Assembly: GCA_020428105.1 (NCBI GenBank)
Contig: JAGQNK010000011.1
Coordinates: 22,203-86,202 of the forward strand
Direction of reading: 5' to 3'
Source of the DNA: Candidatus Saccharimonadota bacterium
GTDB lineage: Bacteria; Patescibacteriota; Saccharimonadia; Saccharimonadales; JAGQNK01
Length of the DNA stretch: 64,000 nucleotides
Below are positions 20,127-29,838 of this stretch, piece by piece. Within the stretch, counting starts at the first letter, position 1, and every line of letters starts with the position of its first letter. Below the pieces are notes generated by a model. It saw only the letters and a program-made list of their open reading frames with translations, did not search any database and was not told the DNA's origin. Both the position numbers and the translations under genes were made by a program.

Positions 20127-21395
20127 CTAAACTCGGTTAATGTGTCTTACGCGCTGGGCGAACCATTTTGCACTAGGACGAATCTTTCGCTTCATGCCGT
20201 GACTTCTGTCTACAGCTACCAAGCCAAACTCTGGCCACCAGCCATATTTCCATTCAAAGTTATCGAGCAAGCTCCAATGCAAATATCCACGCAAATCGAC
20301 ACCTTCACTAATCGCCTTCTCCATTGCGACAATCGTTTCCTCGAGCCACCAGCGTCGATACTCGTCCCGACTGTCCGCAACACCGTTTTCAGTAACAAAA
20401 ATCGGTTTTTTGTAATGTGACCAGGTTCTGAGTAGGAGTGGGTACAGACCCTCTGGCTCCATATACCAGCCCAGATCGCTAAGTGGAACCTTTGGATTGC
20501 TTCGCCGAAAACCCCGGTAGTAATCACTAAAGTAATAATTTATACCAACAAAATCTTGTTGATTACGGCATCGATTCAAGAACCACCAATTCCAATAATA
20601 ACGCATCCACTTTGTAGTGATGGTGTCGATCAAATTATGAGGACGCTTTGCCTGGATATTTGCCAATTGAGCAGCCAATCCAATCTGCAATGTAGGCTTG
20701 TGATCCTTCAATATCTTGTATGCTCTTTTGTGTGCAGACACAAGGTTGAAATAGACCTGCAATGAGCGTACTACGCTTTTGTCCTGAGGCGGCCACTCCC
20801 CTATGGCATAGCTAAGGGTTGTGTAGACATTTGGTTCGTTTAGGGTAATTGCATATGTCAAATCTTCGGTTAGTTCCTCTGCGACTTTCTGTACAAACCG
20901 TTCAAAGTATTCAATATTGCTACGTTTTGCAAAACCACCTTTATCGGTAAACCACGTTGGCATAGTCCAGTGCCACAGATTAGCCATTGGCTCAATATTT
21001 CGTCTACGTAGCTCAGCAATGTATTCACGATAATACTGGATAGCCTCGTCGCTCCATTTGCCTTCTTCCGGCTCTATGCGCGACCATTCGATACCAAACC
21101 TAAATGCATTAAGGTTCAGTTCTTTTATGATGTCAAAATCTTCTCTATATCTCTTTCTGTGCTCCACGCCTCTACCAGAAACATAATTGTCCGGATTCTC
21201 TGCCTTGTTCTTAAAATCTCGCCATGTTGGTATGGACGATAATCGCTGATGTGCGGTCTGCGCCAACTCCTTAGCATGAGCCAGCTCCCATACTGTCCAC
21301 TGATCCACGCTACCACCGTCTACTTGATGTCCTGCAGTACTTGCACCCCAAAAGAAATGTTTTGGAAAGATTTTGTCATTGTTGTTTTCGTTCAT
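20127..21395 (-). CDS. glycoside hydrolase family 1 (beta-glucosidase-like)
   Basis: FFWGASTAGHQVDG N-terminal motif, a TLNEP acid/base motif, and a VTENG nucleophile motif. Confidence 0.85.
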   Translation of the reverse strand: MNENNNDKIFPKHFFWGASTAGHQVDGGSVDQWTVWELAHAKELAQTAHQRLSSIPTWRDFKNKAENPDNYVSGRGVEHRKRYREDFDIIKELNLNAFRFGIEWSRIEPEEGKWSDEAIQYYREYIAELRRRNIEPMANLWHWTMPTWFTDKGGFAKRSNIEYFERFVQKVAEELTEDLTYAITLNEPNVYTTLSYAIGEWPPQDKSVVRSLQVYFNLVSAHKRAYKILKDHKPTLQIGLAAQLANIQAKRPHNLIDTITTKWMRYYWNWWFLNRCRNQQDFVGINYYFSDYYRGFRRSNPKVPLSDLGWYMEPEGLYPLLLRTWSHYKKPIFVTENGVADSRDEYRRWWLEETIVAMEKAISEGVDLRGYLHWSLLDNFEWKYGWWPEFGLVAVDRSHGMKRKIRPSAKWFAQRVRHINRV

Positions 21396-21445
21396 CTAGG
21401 CAGTATTATACCAGCACAGATATTACAATAGGAAAAAGCAAGTAT

Positions 21446-22279
21446 TCAATTTCCAGTTTGATGCAAATACCGAATCCGAAGCCCTTCGGGTAGGCGTTCG
21501 ATGGCGTAACGTAGTTGCGTTCTGGGCATTTTATGTGCATGTTTGTCGAGGTAAGCCAGCAGCAATTGCTCGTCCACTCGCTTGCCAACTTCTCGCAGCA
21601 TCCAGCCTACAGCCTTCTGAATAAGGTCGTGTTTATCGCGTAGCAATATTTCAGCAATATCCAAAGTTGTACCTGGATCTCCTTTCTTTATATAACGAAA
21701 AGTACTGATGACCGCTACCCTTTTCTGCCAAAGCTCATCACTCTTTGCCAACTCGTACAATAATTTCCTATCAGAATTTTCCAGGTGAGCACCAATCACA
21801 TGTTCGGCAGTAACGTCGACCAAATCCCAGTTGTTTATACGACCTGCGTAGACATTTTTGAGGTAGAGATCAAAAATCGCCTGCTGGTGTGATTCACCAA
21901 CTTTTGGGTAAGCATTAGCGAGGATTATTACCCCAGCAAGTCGGTGTTCGTGAACCGAACTATCCAAAAGTCTCTGTACTTCGGGCAACGGCAAATCCCG
22001 GAAATCTCGACAAACTTGGCGTGTTTGTGGCACCTTGACGCCAATAAACTCATCGCCTTCGCCATATTCACCTGGACCAGTCTTGAAAAATCTTTGCAGG
22101 ATCGGCACATTATCGGTTATCGCCCTGTCTTGTAATGCCTGCTTTACTTCATTTGCCGTTACTTTTGACAACAGAACGCTTCCTTTTTTTGTGGTCGTGG
22201 TATGCCAAAGCCTTGCGGGATTGGTCGATACGGTCAATATACTGGTCATAAGCATTATAAAGCCCAGAATAGTGTCCAC
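21446..22279 (-). CDS. DNA alkylation repair enzyme (AlkD/AlkC-like HEAT-repeat glycosylase)
   Basis: HEAT-like repeats and the family length. The true start is probably the TTG near 22171 (LLSKVTANEVKQ), because the N-terminal 130 nt of the ORF overlap the NYN gene. Confidence 0.65.
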   Translation of the reverse strand: MDTILGFIMLMTSILTVSTNPARLWHTTTTKKGSVLLSKVTANEVKQALQDRAITDNVPILQRFFKTGPGEYGEGDEFIGVKVPQTRQVCRDFRDLPLPEVQRLLDSSVHEHRLAGVIILANAYPKVGESHQQAIFDLYLKNVYAGRINNWDLVDVTAEHVIGAHLENSDRKLLYELAKSDELWQKRVAVISTFRYIKKGDPGTTLDIAEILLRDKHDLIQKAVGWMLREVGKRVDEQLLLAYLDKHAHKMPRTQLRYAIERLPEGLRIRYLHQTGN

Positions 22280-22745
22280 TAGGCGCCAAAATCTTGAGCA
22301 ACTTGCCCTCTGCTTCTAAGTACTCCACAAGCGAGTAGAAATCGCCATCCCCAGACACAATTACAGCCTTACTGTAGTTGTTCAATTCCTTCATGGCCCA
22401 TAGCACAAGATCTGCGTCGATATTGCCTTTGGTTTGCTTTTTTTCTTCTTCTTTTTCTGTTTTCTCTTTGTCCGACGACTTTTCTGAAACCTCAAGCCTT
22501 GGTCGTGTCATATCAAAAGTTGGCTTCAACACCACCATATAGCCCGCATCATGAAGCTGAACATACATGTCCTCAAACTCAGGTACGTACCCGATAAACA
22601 TAAAGGCCTGGGTTACACCGTATTTCTCGGACAAATGTTCACGGAACTTTCGCCAGTCCATCTTCCAGCCAAGACGCTGAGTGCTAATATTCAAGTTTTG
22701 GCTGTCAATAAATGCATAGATATTTTTCTTTTTCCTACGTCTCAT
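22149..22745 (-). CDS. NYN-domain (LabA-like PIN-fold) putative RNase
   Basis: YAFIDSQNL at the N-terminus and VIVSGDGDF...L..EGK are NYN domain hallmarks. There is a Lys/Glu-rich insert. Confidence 0.7.
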   Translation of the reverse strand: MRRRKKKNIYAFIDSQNLNISTQRLGWKMDWRKFREHLSEKYGVTQAFMFIGYVPEFEDMYVQLHDAGYMVVLKPTFDMTRPRLEVSEKSSDKEKTEKEEEKKQTKGNIDADLVLWAMKELNNYSKAVIVSGDGDFYSLVEYLEAEGKLLKILAPSGHYSGLYNAYDQYIDRIDQSRKALAYHDHKKRKRSVVKSNGK

Positions 22746-22758
22746 GTTTATAGTCTAT

Positions 22759-23139
22759 CTACCTATTACCGGCGATACAAATAATATTACCGCTTGGGTC
22801 CTTAAACCAAACAGCTTTGTATCTGCCTCGAGTGTACATTTCTCCCCTGCTAGCGACCACTTTGCCATGGCCATCATGAACATCAAAATCAATTCCACGA
22901 CCCATTAATATCTTGACCAATTTTTCTGGTTGTTGCACCACCCAAATCACCGCCGGCGCTTTACTGGTGCCAGCAAATTCAGAAATATACAATGCAAATC
23001 GTGTATCTCCTGCTTGATACCAAACACCCATTTCATCTTCATCAATAATATCCATGCCAAGCGTTCTACTATAGAAGTCCATCGACTTCCGCAAGTCCTT
23101 TACTGGAATGGTTGCATACAGGGGTATATTGCTTAGCAT
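22759..23139 (-). CDS. VOC/glyoxalase-bleomycin resistance family protein
   Basis: 126 aa with the beta-alpha-beta-beta-beta VOC signature (ATIPVKDLRKSMDFYSRTLGMDI). Confidence 0.65.
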   Translation of the reverse strand: MLSNIPLYATIPVKDLRKSMDFYSRTLGMDIIDEDEMGVWYQAGDTRFALYISEFAGTSKAPAVIWVVQQPEKLVKILMGRGIDFDVHDGHGKVVASRGEMYTRGRYKAVWFKDPSGNIICIAGNR

Positions 23140-23210
23140 GGCAATACCTTTGCCTACCTGGTCAAATATGACCTAATAACAATATACTCCTATTTGTGCA
23201 ATACTTGCAT

Positions 23211-24740
23211 CTATTTTTTATGACTTATCACTGCGTCTTCGCCGAAATGCTTTTTTAACCTAGCCCGTATCGAACCTGGGTGACGCCCAAATACTTTCGT
23301 CAAGTCATCAATCGATACGTCTACGCCACTGCTAAACATCTCCACTAGTCGTTTGTCATCAGACTCTTTCCATGGTTTGTATGCATTTGGATACTTGATA
23401 CGCATATTAGTCACCTTCTCCACCCAAATATTAGATTTGGCGACAGGTTGTGGCGGCATGTTTCGCCCCTGTGCCTTTTGGCGTAGATACTCAAAGCTAG
23501 CCACAGCCTTTCTGCTTTGAAGTCGCAAAGATTCATCAATTGACAAAGCATCTTGACTCACTCGTAAAGCCTTTTTATTGATTCCCGCCAAACTAAGCGT
23601 ATCCAAGCTCCGCACTCGCGACAAAGCAACATACCCCATACCATCTACAAAGGCTTTACGTAGATCTATTCTGGCTGCATCCAGCGTCATACCCTGACTT
23701 TTGTGAATTGTAATTGCCCAGGCAAGCCTTAGTGGAATTTGCGTCAATGCAGCGCGCTTTTTGTCGCCATCCATCAGTTCCCATGTGTCGGGTTCGATGG
23801 TGATTTTTCGGCCATTTCGTAGCCGAACTATTGGATAATTAGTATTTTCCTCAAAGCCCTCCACCACACCAAGTGTACCGTTGACGTATTTTTTTTCTAA
23901 ATTGTTACGTATACACATTACCAATGCGCCTTTTTTAAGCGTCAAAACTTCTTGGGCAAGACATGATTTTTTCAAAGTATCAACATAATTTGATTTACCG
24001 CTTGTGTCCATGGCAAACGAATACACATCTCCGTCGAGCTGTCTCAAGCGTTCATCATTTATCGCATCAACGTCTACGTTAGTCGTGTGTAACTCAGTGA
24101 CTTCCGCCTGCATGTCTTGCGCATCGCACCTTTCTAACAGTGCCTCGGCGTGTCTTCTGCGCACATCACCATCTCGCATGGCACTCAAAATCTCCAACAA
24201 TGTATCGTCATTTTGTCTGTGCTGTTCGTTTAGGTAGCAGATTACCGGGTCTAGCGTCTGCCACACCAGCGAACCGACAACAAATCCGCCCGGTCGACTA
24301 TCACTCCTAGTTACAGGCGGTAACTGAAAAAAATCTCCACACAAGATTACCTGAATACCACCAAACGGTTCGTCTACTTCTCGAACCGTACGAACAATCT
24401 CATCAATCATATCTAATCGATAGTCATGCAACATCGACACTTCATCAATTATTAGCACGTCGGTTTTTTCTATTGTGTCTCTGCGACTTTTGAGTAGATT
24501 ATCAAAAAAGCTATCCGGTAACTCCTCGTGTATACCAATACCACTCCACGAATGGATCGTATTACCATTTAGGTGCGTAGCCGCCAAGCCAGTTGTGGCA
24601 GTTACGGATACATATTTACCGTCACGTTTAGCTTGTCTAATAAATTCATTCAGCACGTATGTTTTGCCTGAGCCAGCGGGGCCAGTGAGTAACACACTCT
24701 CCCCTGCACTCATAATCTCCAACGCCAAAGCCTGATCCAT
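23211..24740 (-). CDS. PIF1/RecD-like SF1B DNA helicase
   Basis: Walker A LLTGPAGSGKT. The motif spacing is typical of PIF1 (TATTGLAA, ILCGDFFQLPPV, HKSQG). There is a C-terminal extension with an HTH-like tail. Confidence 0.8.
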   Translation of the reverse strand: MDQALALEIMSAGESVLLTGPAGSGKTYVLNEFIRQAKRDGKYVSVTATTGLAATHLNGNTIHSWSGIGIHEELPDSFFDNLLKSRRDTIEKTDVLIIDEVSMLHDYRLDMIDEIVRTVREVDEPFGGIQVILCGDFFQLPPVTRSDSRPGGFVVGSLVWQTLDPVICYLNEQHRQNDDTLLEILSAMRDGDVRRRHAEALLERCDAQDMQAEVTELHTTNVDVDAINDERLRQLDGDVYSFAMDTSGKSNYVDTLKKSCLAQEVLTLKKGALVMCIRNNLEKKYVNGTLGVVEGFEENTNYPIVRLRNGRKITIEPDTWELMDGDKKRAALTQIPLRLAWAITIHKSQGMTLDAARIDLRKAFVDGMGYVALSRVRSLDTLSLAGINKKALRVSQDALSIDESLRLQSRKAVASFEYLRQKAQGRNMPPQPVAKSNIWVEKVTNMRIKYPNAYKPWKESDDKRLVEMFSSGVDVSIDDLTKVFGRHPGSIRARLKKHFGEDAVISHKK

Positions 24741-24791
24741 AAGACTTACTAGTATAACGAAATGCTGACGCTTTTGCTGTTGTGACTATTG

Positions 24792-25856
24792 CTAAAGAAC
24801 TTGTTTCAACAGCTCTTCTTCGTCCGGTTCTTTGAGGAGTTTTTTGCTTTTAATCTCGTAGCGCAATCCAGATAGTGGTGATTCCATATAGTCATCGTTC
24901 AGCAGATTAACGAACTTTGTCAGATCTTTGTCGTCCATCAGTATTATGGCGCCCTTATCATCCAACATCAACTCGATGCCAATCTCATCAGCGTGTTCCA
25001 ATAATTTTTCCTGGTTAGTTATGGTTGGATCTAGTTTTTGAAGTTTGTTAACAAGCGCTTTCTTGCCCTTGACCATAGATTCCAAAGATTCTTCCTGATA
25101 ACTCAAACTAAACGTCTCACCTATCATTTTCATCTTTGCCACAGCGATACCGTATTTCTTGGCATTGTAGCCAAACAGACTTTCCAACTTAGCCGGATTA
25201 AAAACGTAAATATCTTGATCAAGCACCAACAGCTGGTTATCGGCAGGAATTTGTAGCGACCCGTCAGCGTCAAATGGTACGAATTTGCCATCTTTCATCA
25301 ACCATGCAGTACTACCTTTCATCAGCGACGAACCGGGCAACGACTTTATGATATAAAACGGCTTCTTCAGTTCCGGGTGACTACACCGAACCACAACACC
25401 TTTTATCCGCTTGAAATCGTGTTCTTCTTCTACAAAAGACTCTATCTCATGTTCTTGTGTTTTTAGCCAGCTCAGTACCACGCGAGCACTATCGACATTC
25501 TTTAGGCGCGTACGTTGCAAAACTTTTCCTTCAGCCTCGCCTTCCTCAAACTCGCGAACAATCAACCCTTCTTCGGCGCCGGTCAGAACGTACTCCAAGA
25601 GATTGTCTATCAACAATGGCTCCAGAGTACGCCGCAATTCCTTACTAACATTGGTCTTGTAGACCACATAGTTTTTGTTAAACAAAAAGATTTCAATACG
25701 AAGATCCTCCTTGATCGGTACCAAGTTGTTGGCCCACAGGAACACATCAGAAACTTCGTAATCATCATTTTGTTCAGGTTTTTCTGCGTTGGCTTCTTCG
25801 ATAATATCTTTTGGTTTGTCGTCCAAGGTGTCTTCTCCGCTCTTTGCCTGTGCCAT
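24792..25856 (-). CDS. hypothetical acidic protein (354 aa), helicase-associated
   Basis: ORF 51 nt upstream of, and co-directional with, the PIF1-like helicase. I cannot assign a domain with confidence. Confidence 0.45.
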   Translation of the reverse strand: MAQAKSGEDTLDDKPKDIIEEANAEKPEQNDDYEVSDVFLWANNLVPIKEDLRIEIFLFNKNYVVYKTNVSKELRRTLEPLLIDNLLEYVLTGAEEGLIVREFEEGEAEGKVLQRTRLKNVDSARVVLSWLKTQEHEIESFVEEEHDFKRIKGVVVRCSHPELKKPFYIIKSLPGSSLMKGSTAWLMKDGKFVPFDADGSLQIPADNQLLVLDQDIYVFNPAKLESLFGYNAKKYGIAVAKMKMIGETFSLSYQEESLESMVKGKKALVNKLQKLDPTITNQEKLLEHADEIGIELMLDDKGAIILMDDKDLTKFVNLLNDDYMESPLSGLRYEIKSKKLLKEPDEEELLKQVL

Positions 25857-25996
25857 TGCTTAGACAAATTATTTGTGTAATCAATAAACTATATTCTAAC
25901 GCACAACCAACACAAACATTGCTGTAAAATTATCCAACGAACAACACAACCGTTCATTCATGACTGATAGAAATTTGATAAATTCAACTGCAGATT

Positions 25997-26554
25997 TTAC
26001 TGGCCAATAGAATCATTGTATCGGTCGATACTTCTAAGTAGCTTCGCCTTTTCTTCACCTGCCAAAGGATGCTGCTCTTCGTCTTTAACCTGTCGACTGG
26101 CTTGATATTCTCCGGATAGCACATGAGTCTCAGCTCGCTGAACTTCACCATTCGGATGAACAACATCTACCTGAGTACGTTCAAACCACCCTTCTGGCAC
26201 CAGCTCATACGCATCTAACCTTGCCTTTTGTTCGGGTGTTAATGCAAAAAGAGTCCCCCCAATACCTGATTCTTGGCTGTCTTGATTACTTACCGCCCCC
26301 AAACTTCTGAAAGAATCGGGATTGACAACACCTTCTAGCACATCCTGTGGCGAAGGATCACCAACGTCCGTAACATCACTCAAGCTTTGCTCAACCAAAA
26401 CAGTATCTTTTATACCAACATGTCCTAACATGCGGACCTCACTGCCCACTATTCTCTCCATCACCTCTTGGCTTCTGACTGGACCATAGGCAACGTGAGG
26501 TAAGTACTCTGCTTCTACAGAACTCGTTGGCTGGAAGTTTTCTGGATTATTCAT
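25997..26554 (-). CDS. gamma-glutamyl cyclotransferase-like (AIG2/GGACT-fold) protein, tentative
   Basis: The C-terminal GTLFAL...LDAYE...Y.R..VDVV..NGE...A.THV pattern resembles AIG2-like family ends. The N-terminal YGPV is a degenerate YGTL. Confidence 0.35.
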   Translation of the reverse strand: MNNPENFQPTSSVEAEYLPHVAYGPVRSQEVMERIVGSEVRMLGHVGIKDTVLVEQSLSDVTDVGDPSPQDVLEGVVNPDSFRSLGAVSNQDSQESGIGGTLFALTPEQKARLDAYELVPEGWFERTQVDVVHPNGEVQRAETHVLSGEYQASRQVKDEEQHPLAGEEKAKLLRSIDRYNDSIGQ

Positions 26555-26701
26555 GGATTTCTTTGTTTTTAAACAACAATATATATGTTATCACACTTTA
26601 CGATATTCGTCAATTTTGTTTTAATTCAATGGTTCATTCACTGAAATGTTTGTGCAACCATGAGTATTGTGTTATCGCTGGTTTTTTGTTACAATCACAA
26701 A

Positions 26702-27574
26702 ATGTCTATTGAAGCACGAGAGAAGGTCGAGACACTTCCCGACCAAACAATTGCTACTCTTCTGGGCGAGATGAACACTGAAGCACGCTGTATATTAGTG
26801 TCCGCAACACCCAATGAATTAGTACCTTTACAGCATGTTAAAGAAGACCTGGAGGCTAGAAATGCATATGCTCATACCTCAAACCGACGCTTTAATGTAG
26901 GCGGATTGGTTAACTCTTTTCATCCAGCAATTATTTCTAAATCTATCGATCCAATCGATGACTCAGCATGGGTAAGAAGGGGTGCTGATCACATTGACGC
27001 AAAAACACAAAGCAAGCCAAAAGGTCAAGAATCCACCGCAGATTTAATTGGTAATTTTGCGGCCGGCCTTGCAGGATCCCTGTTAGCGTTTTCCGCAGAT
27101 TATGGAGTACCGCTAAGGCATGTTGTTGGCGAAAAACATCCGCCAAAAAAGCATGGATTTTCTGCTACCGAAGCAAGGCTTGGAGTCCTTGCAACAATTG
27201 TCACACTGGCACAAAACTATGATTCTTTCACCGGCAATGATGTACGTGACCTCACGGACGAACTTGGCTTCCCTATAAGACCAATTCGTGGACATCTTCG
27301 AGACCTTGTTGAGTACGGATATCTACAAAGCGATGATACAAAGAGGCCAAAAGTCTACCGCTCTACAGAATTAGACAATGGATCAACCTCCTTTGAAATG
27401 ATGCAAGACTATTTAATGATTGCAGCAAAGTTTGCTATTGGCTCTGTTCATGCGCAAGAAAAAGGTATACAACAGGGTCAGCAAATCCTGAACGACTCCT
27501 TACTACTTCCAAGGCTCATAGAAAAATCATACGAAGCATCAGGACATACCGGCAAAAGCTTTACCCGCAACTAA
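26702..27574 (+). CDS. hypothetical protein with a C-terminal winged-HTH-like segment
   Basis: ATG at 26702 (MSIEAREKV). RGHLRDLVEYGYLQSDDTKRPKVYRSTELD resembles a MarR/PadR-type wing. It is divergent from the GGCT-like gene. Confidence 0.4.
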   Translation: MSIEAREKVETLPDQTIATLLGEMNTEARCILVSATPNELVPLQHVKEDLEARNAYAHTSNRRFNVGGLVNSFHPAIISKSIDPIDDSAWVRRGADHIDAKTQSKPKGQESTADLIGNFAAGLAGSLLAFSADYGVPLRHVVGEKHPPKKHGFSATEARLGVLATIVTLAQNYDSFTGNDVRDLTDELGFPIRPIRGHLRDLVEYGYLQSDDTKRPKVYRSTELDNGSTSFEMMQDYLMIAAKFAIGSVHAQEKGIQQGQQILNDSLLLPRLIEKSYEASGHTGKSFTRN

Positions 27575-27583
27575 TAAAGCTAT

Positions 27584-28519
27584 TTATTTAGATTCACTCA
27601 TTGCCACAACAATCCTGCCAACAACGTATAGCACCACAGCCACTATTGTGAGTATCTGCATAAATCTACTTTTCTTCAATACCATGCCCGTAGGAGTTAC
27701 AGTCTGACGCCCAACGCTCATAGGTAATCTCTCGTCACGATAGGTTATGATGTTCTGTAGAAGCCTCGCTTTGATGTCATTTAGTTTCTGCGACATTAGC
27801 ATGATGTCATTTGGATCAGTGCTCAACGGACCATACAGATACAACGTATCGCCAACAATCTCGATATCATATTCACTCGCAGCTATCATTGCTTGCATAA
27901 CATCTGGTGTAATGAAACTCATACTGTCGATTGTGTAATCATCCGGAAAGTACGTTGCAAAATAATTATCAAAATCACCCTCTAAACTATGTAGCTGGGT
28001 GCCACTAAACGTGAACCTAAACTGCCTACCTCTTGCTTTTTTTGAATCAAAAAATACATTTGGCAAAACCCGCGGTAACTTCGTAAATGCAATACCGTAA
28101 TACACAGTTCCGGCTCGATACTCACCATATTTTGTCCGTCGATAGTAATTATACGAGAAGTCACAGTACTGCCACGGTCCCGCGTCAATATGGTTCCAGA
28201 AACGTTCATCCCTACTGTCATGAATATGTGTCAAAGCAATCGGAAGACCAGCCAAATCTGAGTGAATTGGCATGAAACTAAAATTATGTGCTTGAGCAAA
28301 GCTCTGCCGTGTCTCTGACAACTGATTGATGCTTTTGCTTATTTTCCATGTACGCCTTGCACTATAACCGAAAACGATCGAGAACAAGACCAAAGCAATC
28401 ATTAGGACAAAACGCGAAGTACTTGCACCAATCATAGCCACAAATAATGCAGAAACAATGCAAACCCAAACACCAACCATAACACTATGTAAATATTGCC
28501 TTTTTGCATAAATCTTCAT
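27584..28519 (-). CDS. membrane protein (two N-terminal TM segments, a soluble domain, a C-terminal TM segment)
   Basis: Hydrophobic segments at about aa 15-60 and 285-305. No catalytic motif recognised. Confidence 0.45.
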   Translation of the reverse strand: MKIYAKRQYLHSVMVGVWVCIVSALFVAMIGASTSRFVLMIALVLFSIVFGYSARRTWKISKSINQLSETRQSFAQAHNFSFMPIHSDLAGLPIALTHIHDSRDERFWNHIDAGPWQYCDFSYNYYRRTKYGEYRAGTVYYGIAFTKLPRVLPNVFFDSKKARGRQFRFTFSGTQLHSLEGDFDNYFATYFPDDYTIDSMSFITPDVMQAMIAASEYDIEIVGDTLYLYGPLSTDPNDIMLMSQKLNDIKARLLQNIITYRDERLPMSVGRQTVTPTGMVLKKSRFMQILTIVAVVLYVVGRIVVAMSESK

Positions 28520-28583
28520 TATGCTTCAATTGTAACACCCAACATGTGGCTATAGTTGAAACCTGACATGCTACACTACGGAC

Positions 28584-29045
28584 ATGAACCGCCGAATTGC
28601 CGCCCGTGGTATAGCCATTGATAACCAAGGCCAGATATTTTGTGTACGCCTAAAAGCCTATGACAATAATAAGGAGCGTCATTTCTGGTGTCTTCCAGGT
28701 GGTAGCGTCGATAGACACGAAACCTTGTGCGACGCCGTAACACGAGAGATAATCGAAGAAACAGGCGTACTACCTACACTGGGCGCGCTACTCTATGTAC
28801 ATCAGTTTGTTGCTGGTAGAGCCGAACATCTGGAGTTTATGTTTCACATCACAAACTTCAGTGACTATCAAGACATCGACATTTCCAAGGCTAGTCATGC
28901 AGATAAAGAAATTGCCGACTTTGGTTTTGTTGACCCTAAGAAAAAGGTTATACTGCCACGATTTCTGTCAACGGAAGATATCACTCATCGAATAATCAAC
29001 CAAGAACCGACAAAAATATTCAGCTTCTTGCTACGAACAGCTTAG
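28584..29045 (+). CDS. NUDIX hydrolase
   Basis: Nudix box GGSVDRHETLCDAVTREIIEETGV (GX5EX7REUXEEXGU). Confidence 0.85.
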   Translation: MNRRIAARGIAIDNQGQIFCVRLKAYDNNKERHFWCLPGGSVDRHETLCDAVTREIIEETGVLPTLGALLYVHQFVAGRAEHLEFMFHITNFSDYQDIDISKASHADKEIADFGFVDPKKKVILPRFLSTEDITHRIINQEPTKIFSFLLRTA

Positions 29046-29057
29046 ATTAATAATCAC

Positions 29058-29777
29058 TTAGTTAGTTCCGAGCAATCTATTGTCGAGCCTAACGTAAACG
29101 TCCTTTCTATGTTCCGCAGATTTGTTGTGCAAGCCCAGTAAATACTTTAACGCTTCGATCTTTTTCTTTGGCGCCAAACGCTCTGTTGCAACTACCGTTA
29201 TTCCAGGATCGTAAACATAATGTTCGCGTCTTTTAGACGCCTTTACTTGGACCTTCTGCAACTTTCTGTCACCGATCTTCACTACTACATCTACATCATT
29301 TGGCAATCCGCTGCTTGACTTTGGCTTCCTAGTGGAAGTAAAGAGAGCAAAACCAGACCCATAATGCCCGTCACGAACCGCGCCATAGACTGTTTTTGCA
29401 AAAGCTACCTCAGCGAGCGCACCTACACTCAAAGATAAATCACACCACTGCTCCTGACCAGAAATGACATAGTCACCAAATTCAATCAGCTCCTCAAATA
29501 CATCATCAACCACCCCGCTCGTCACTACATCACGATATACATAATCGTTCATCGCCGCTCTAGTGCAATATATTCCAGCAGCCCTAATGGAATCCCTACT
29601 GCCAAGTATACCACCGACCTCTCCCGAATAATCAAGCAATCCGCCAGCGAGTGACTCTAGGTGCACATGAAGTTCAGATATACGGTCAAAACGAGGCAGC
29701 ATCTCCGCAGCGACAGGACGTACCGCCTCTACACTGCCGTCCGAGGCATGTCGCAAGGAACATTCAATAGCTTTCAT
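29058..29777 (-). CDS. hypothetical protein (239 aa); possible Pol-beta-like nucleotidyltransferase motif
   Basis: HYGSGFALFTSTRKPKSSSGLPNDVDVVV has a GS...DxD arrangement reminiscent of the minimal nucleotidyltransferase fold. The spacing is atypical, so the call is weak. Confidence 0.35.
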   Translation of the reverse strand: MKAIECSLRHASDGSVEAVRPVAAEMLPRFDRISELHVHLESLAGGLLDYSGEVGGILGSRDSIRAAGIYCTRAAMNDYVYRDVVTSGVVDDVFEELIEFGDYVISGQEQWCDLSLSVGALAEVAFAKTVYGAVRDGHYGSGFALFTSTRKPKSSSGLPNDVDVVVKIGDRKLQKVQVKASKRREHYVYDPGITVVATERLAPKKKIEALKYLLGLHNKSAEHRKDVYVRLDNRLLGTN

Positions 29778-29838
29778 TGTTATATATACTATATACTATT
29801 TGAAGTTAATTTCAAGCAACAGGAGTCTGCTGGAATAA

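Noticed and set aside
22150-22279. 130-nt N-terminal extension of the alkD-like ORF overlapping the NYN gene
   Set aside because: The extension is probably an ORF-caller artefact. A TTG start near 22171, preceded by AGGAAG, gives a normal AlkD N-terminus without the overlap.
24792-25856. Naming the 354-aa helicase partner as a known defence protein (for example KwaB/DUF4868 or HamA/DUF1837)
   Set aside because: I cannot recall diagnostic motifs that would support any of these from sequence alone, so it is left as unknown.
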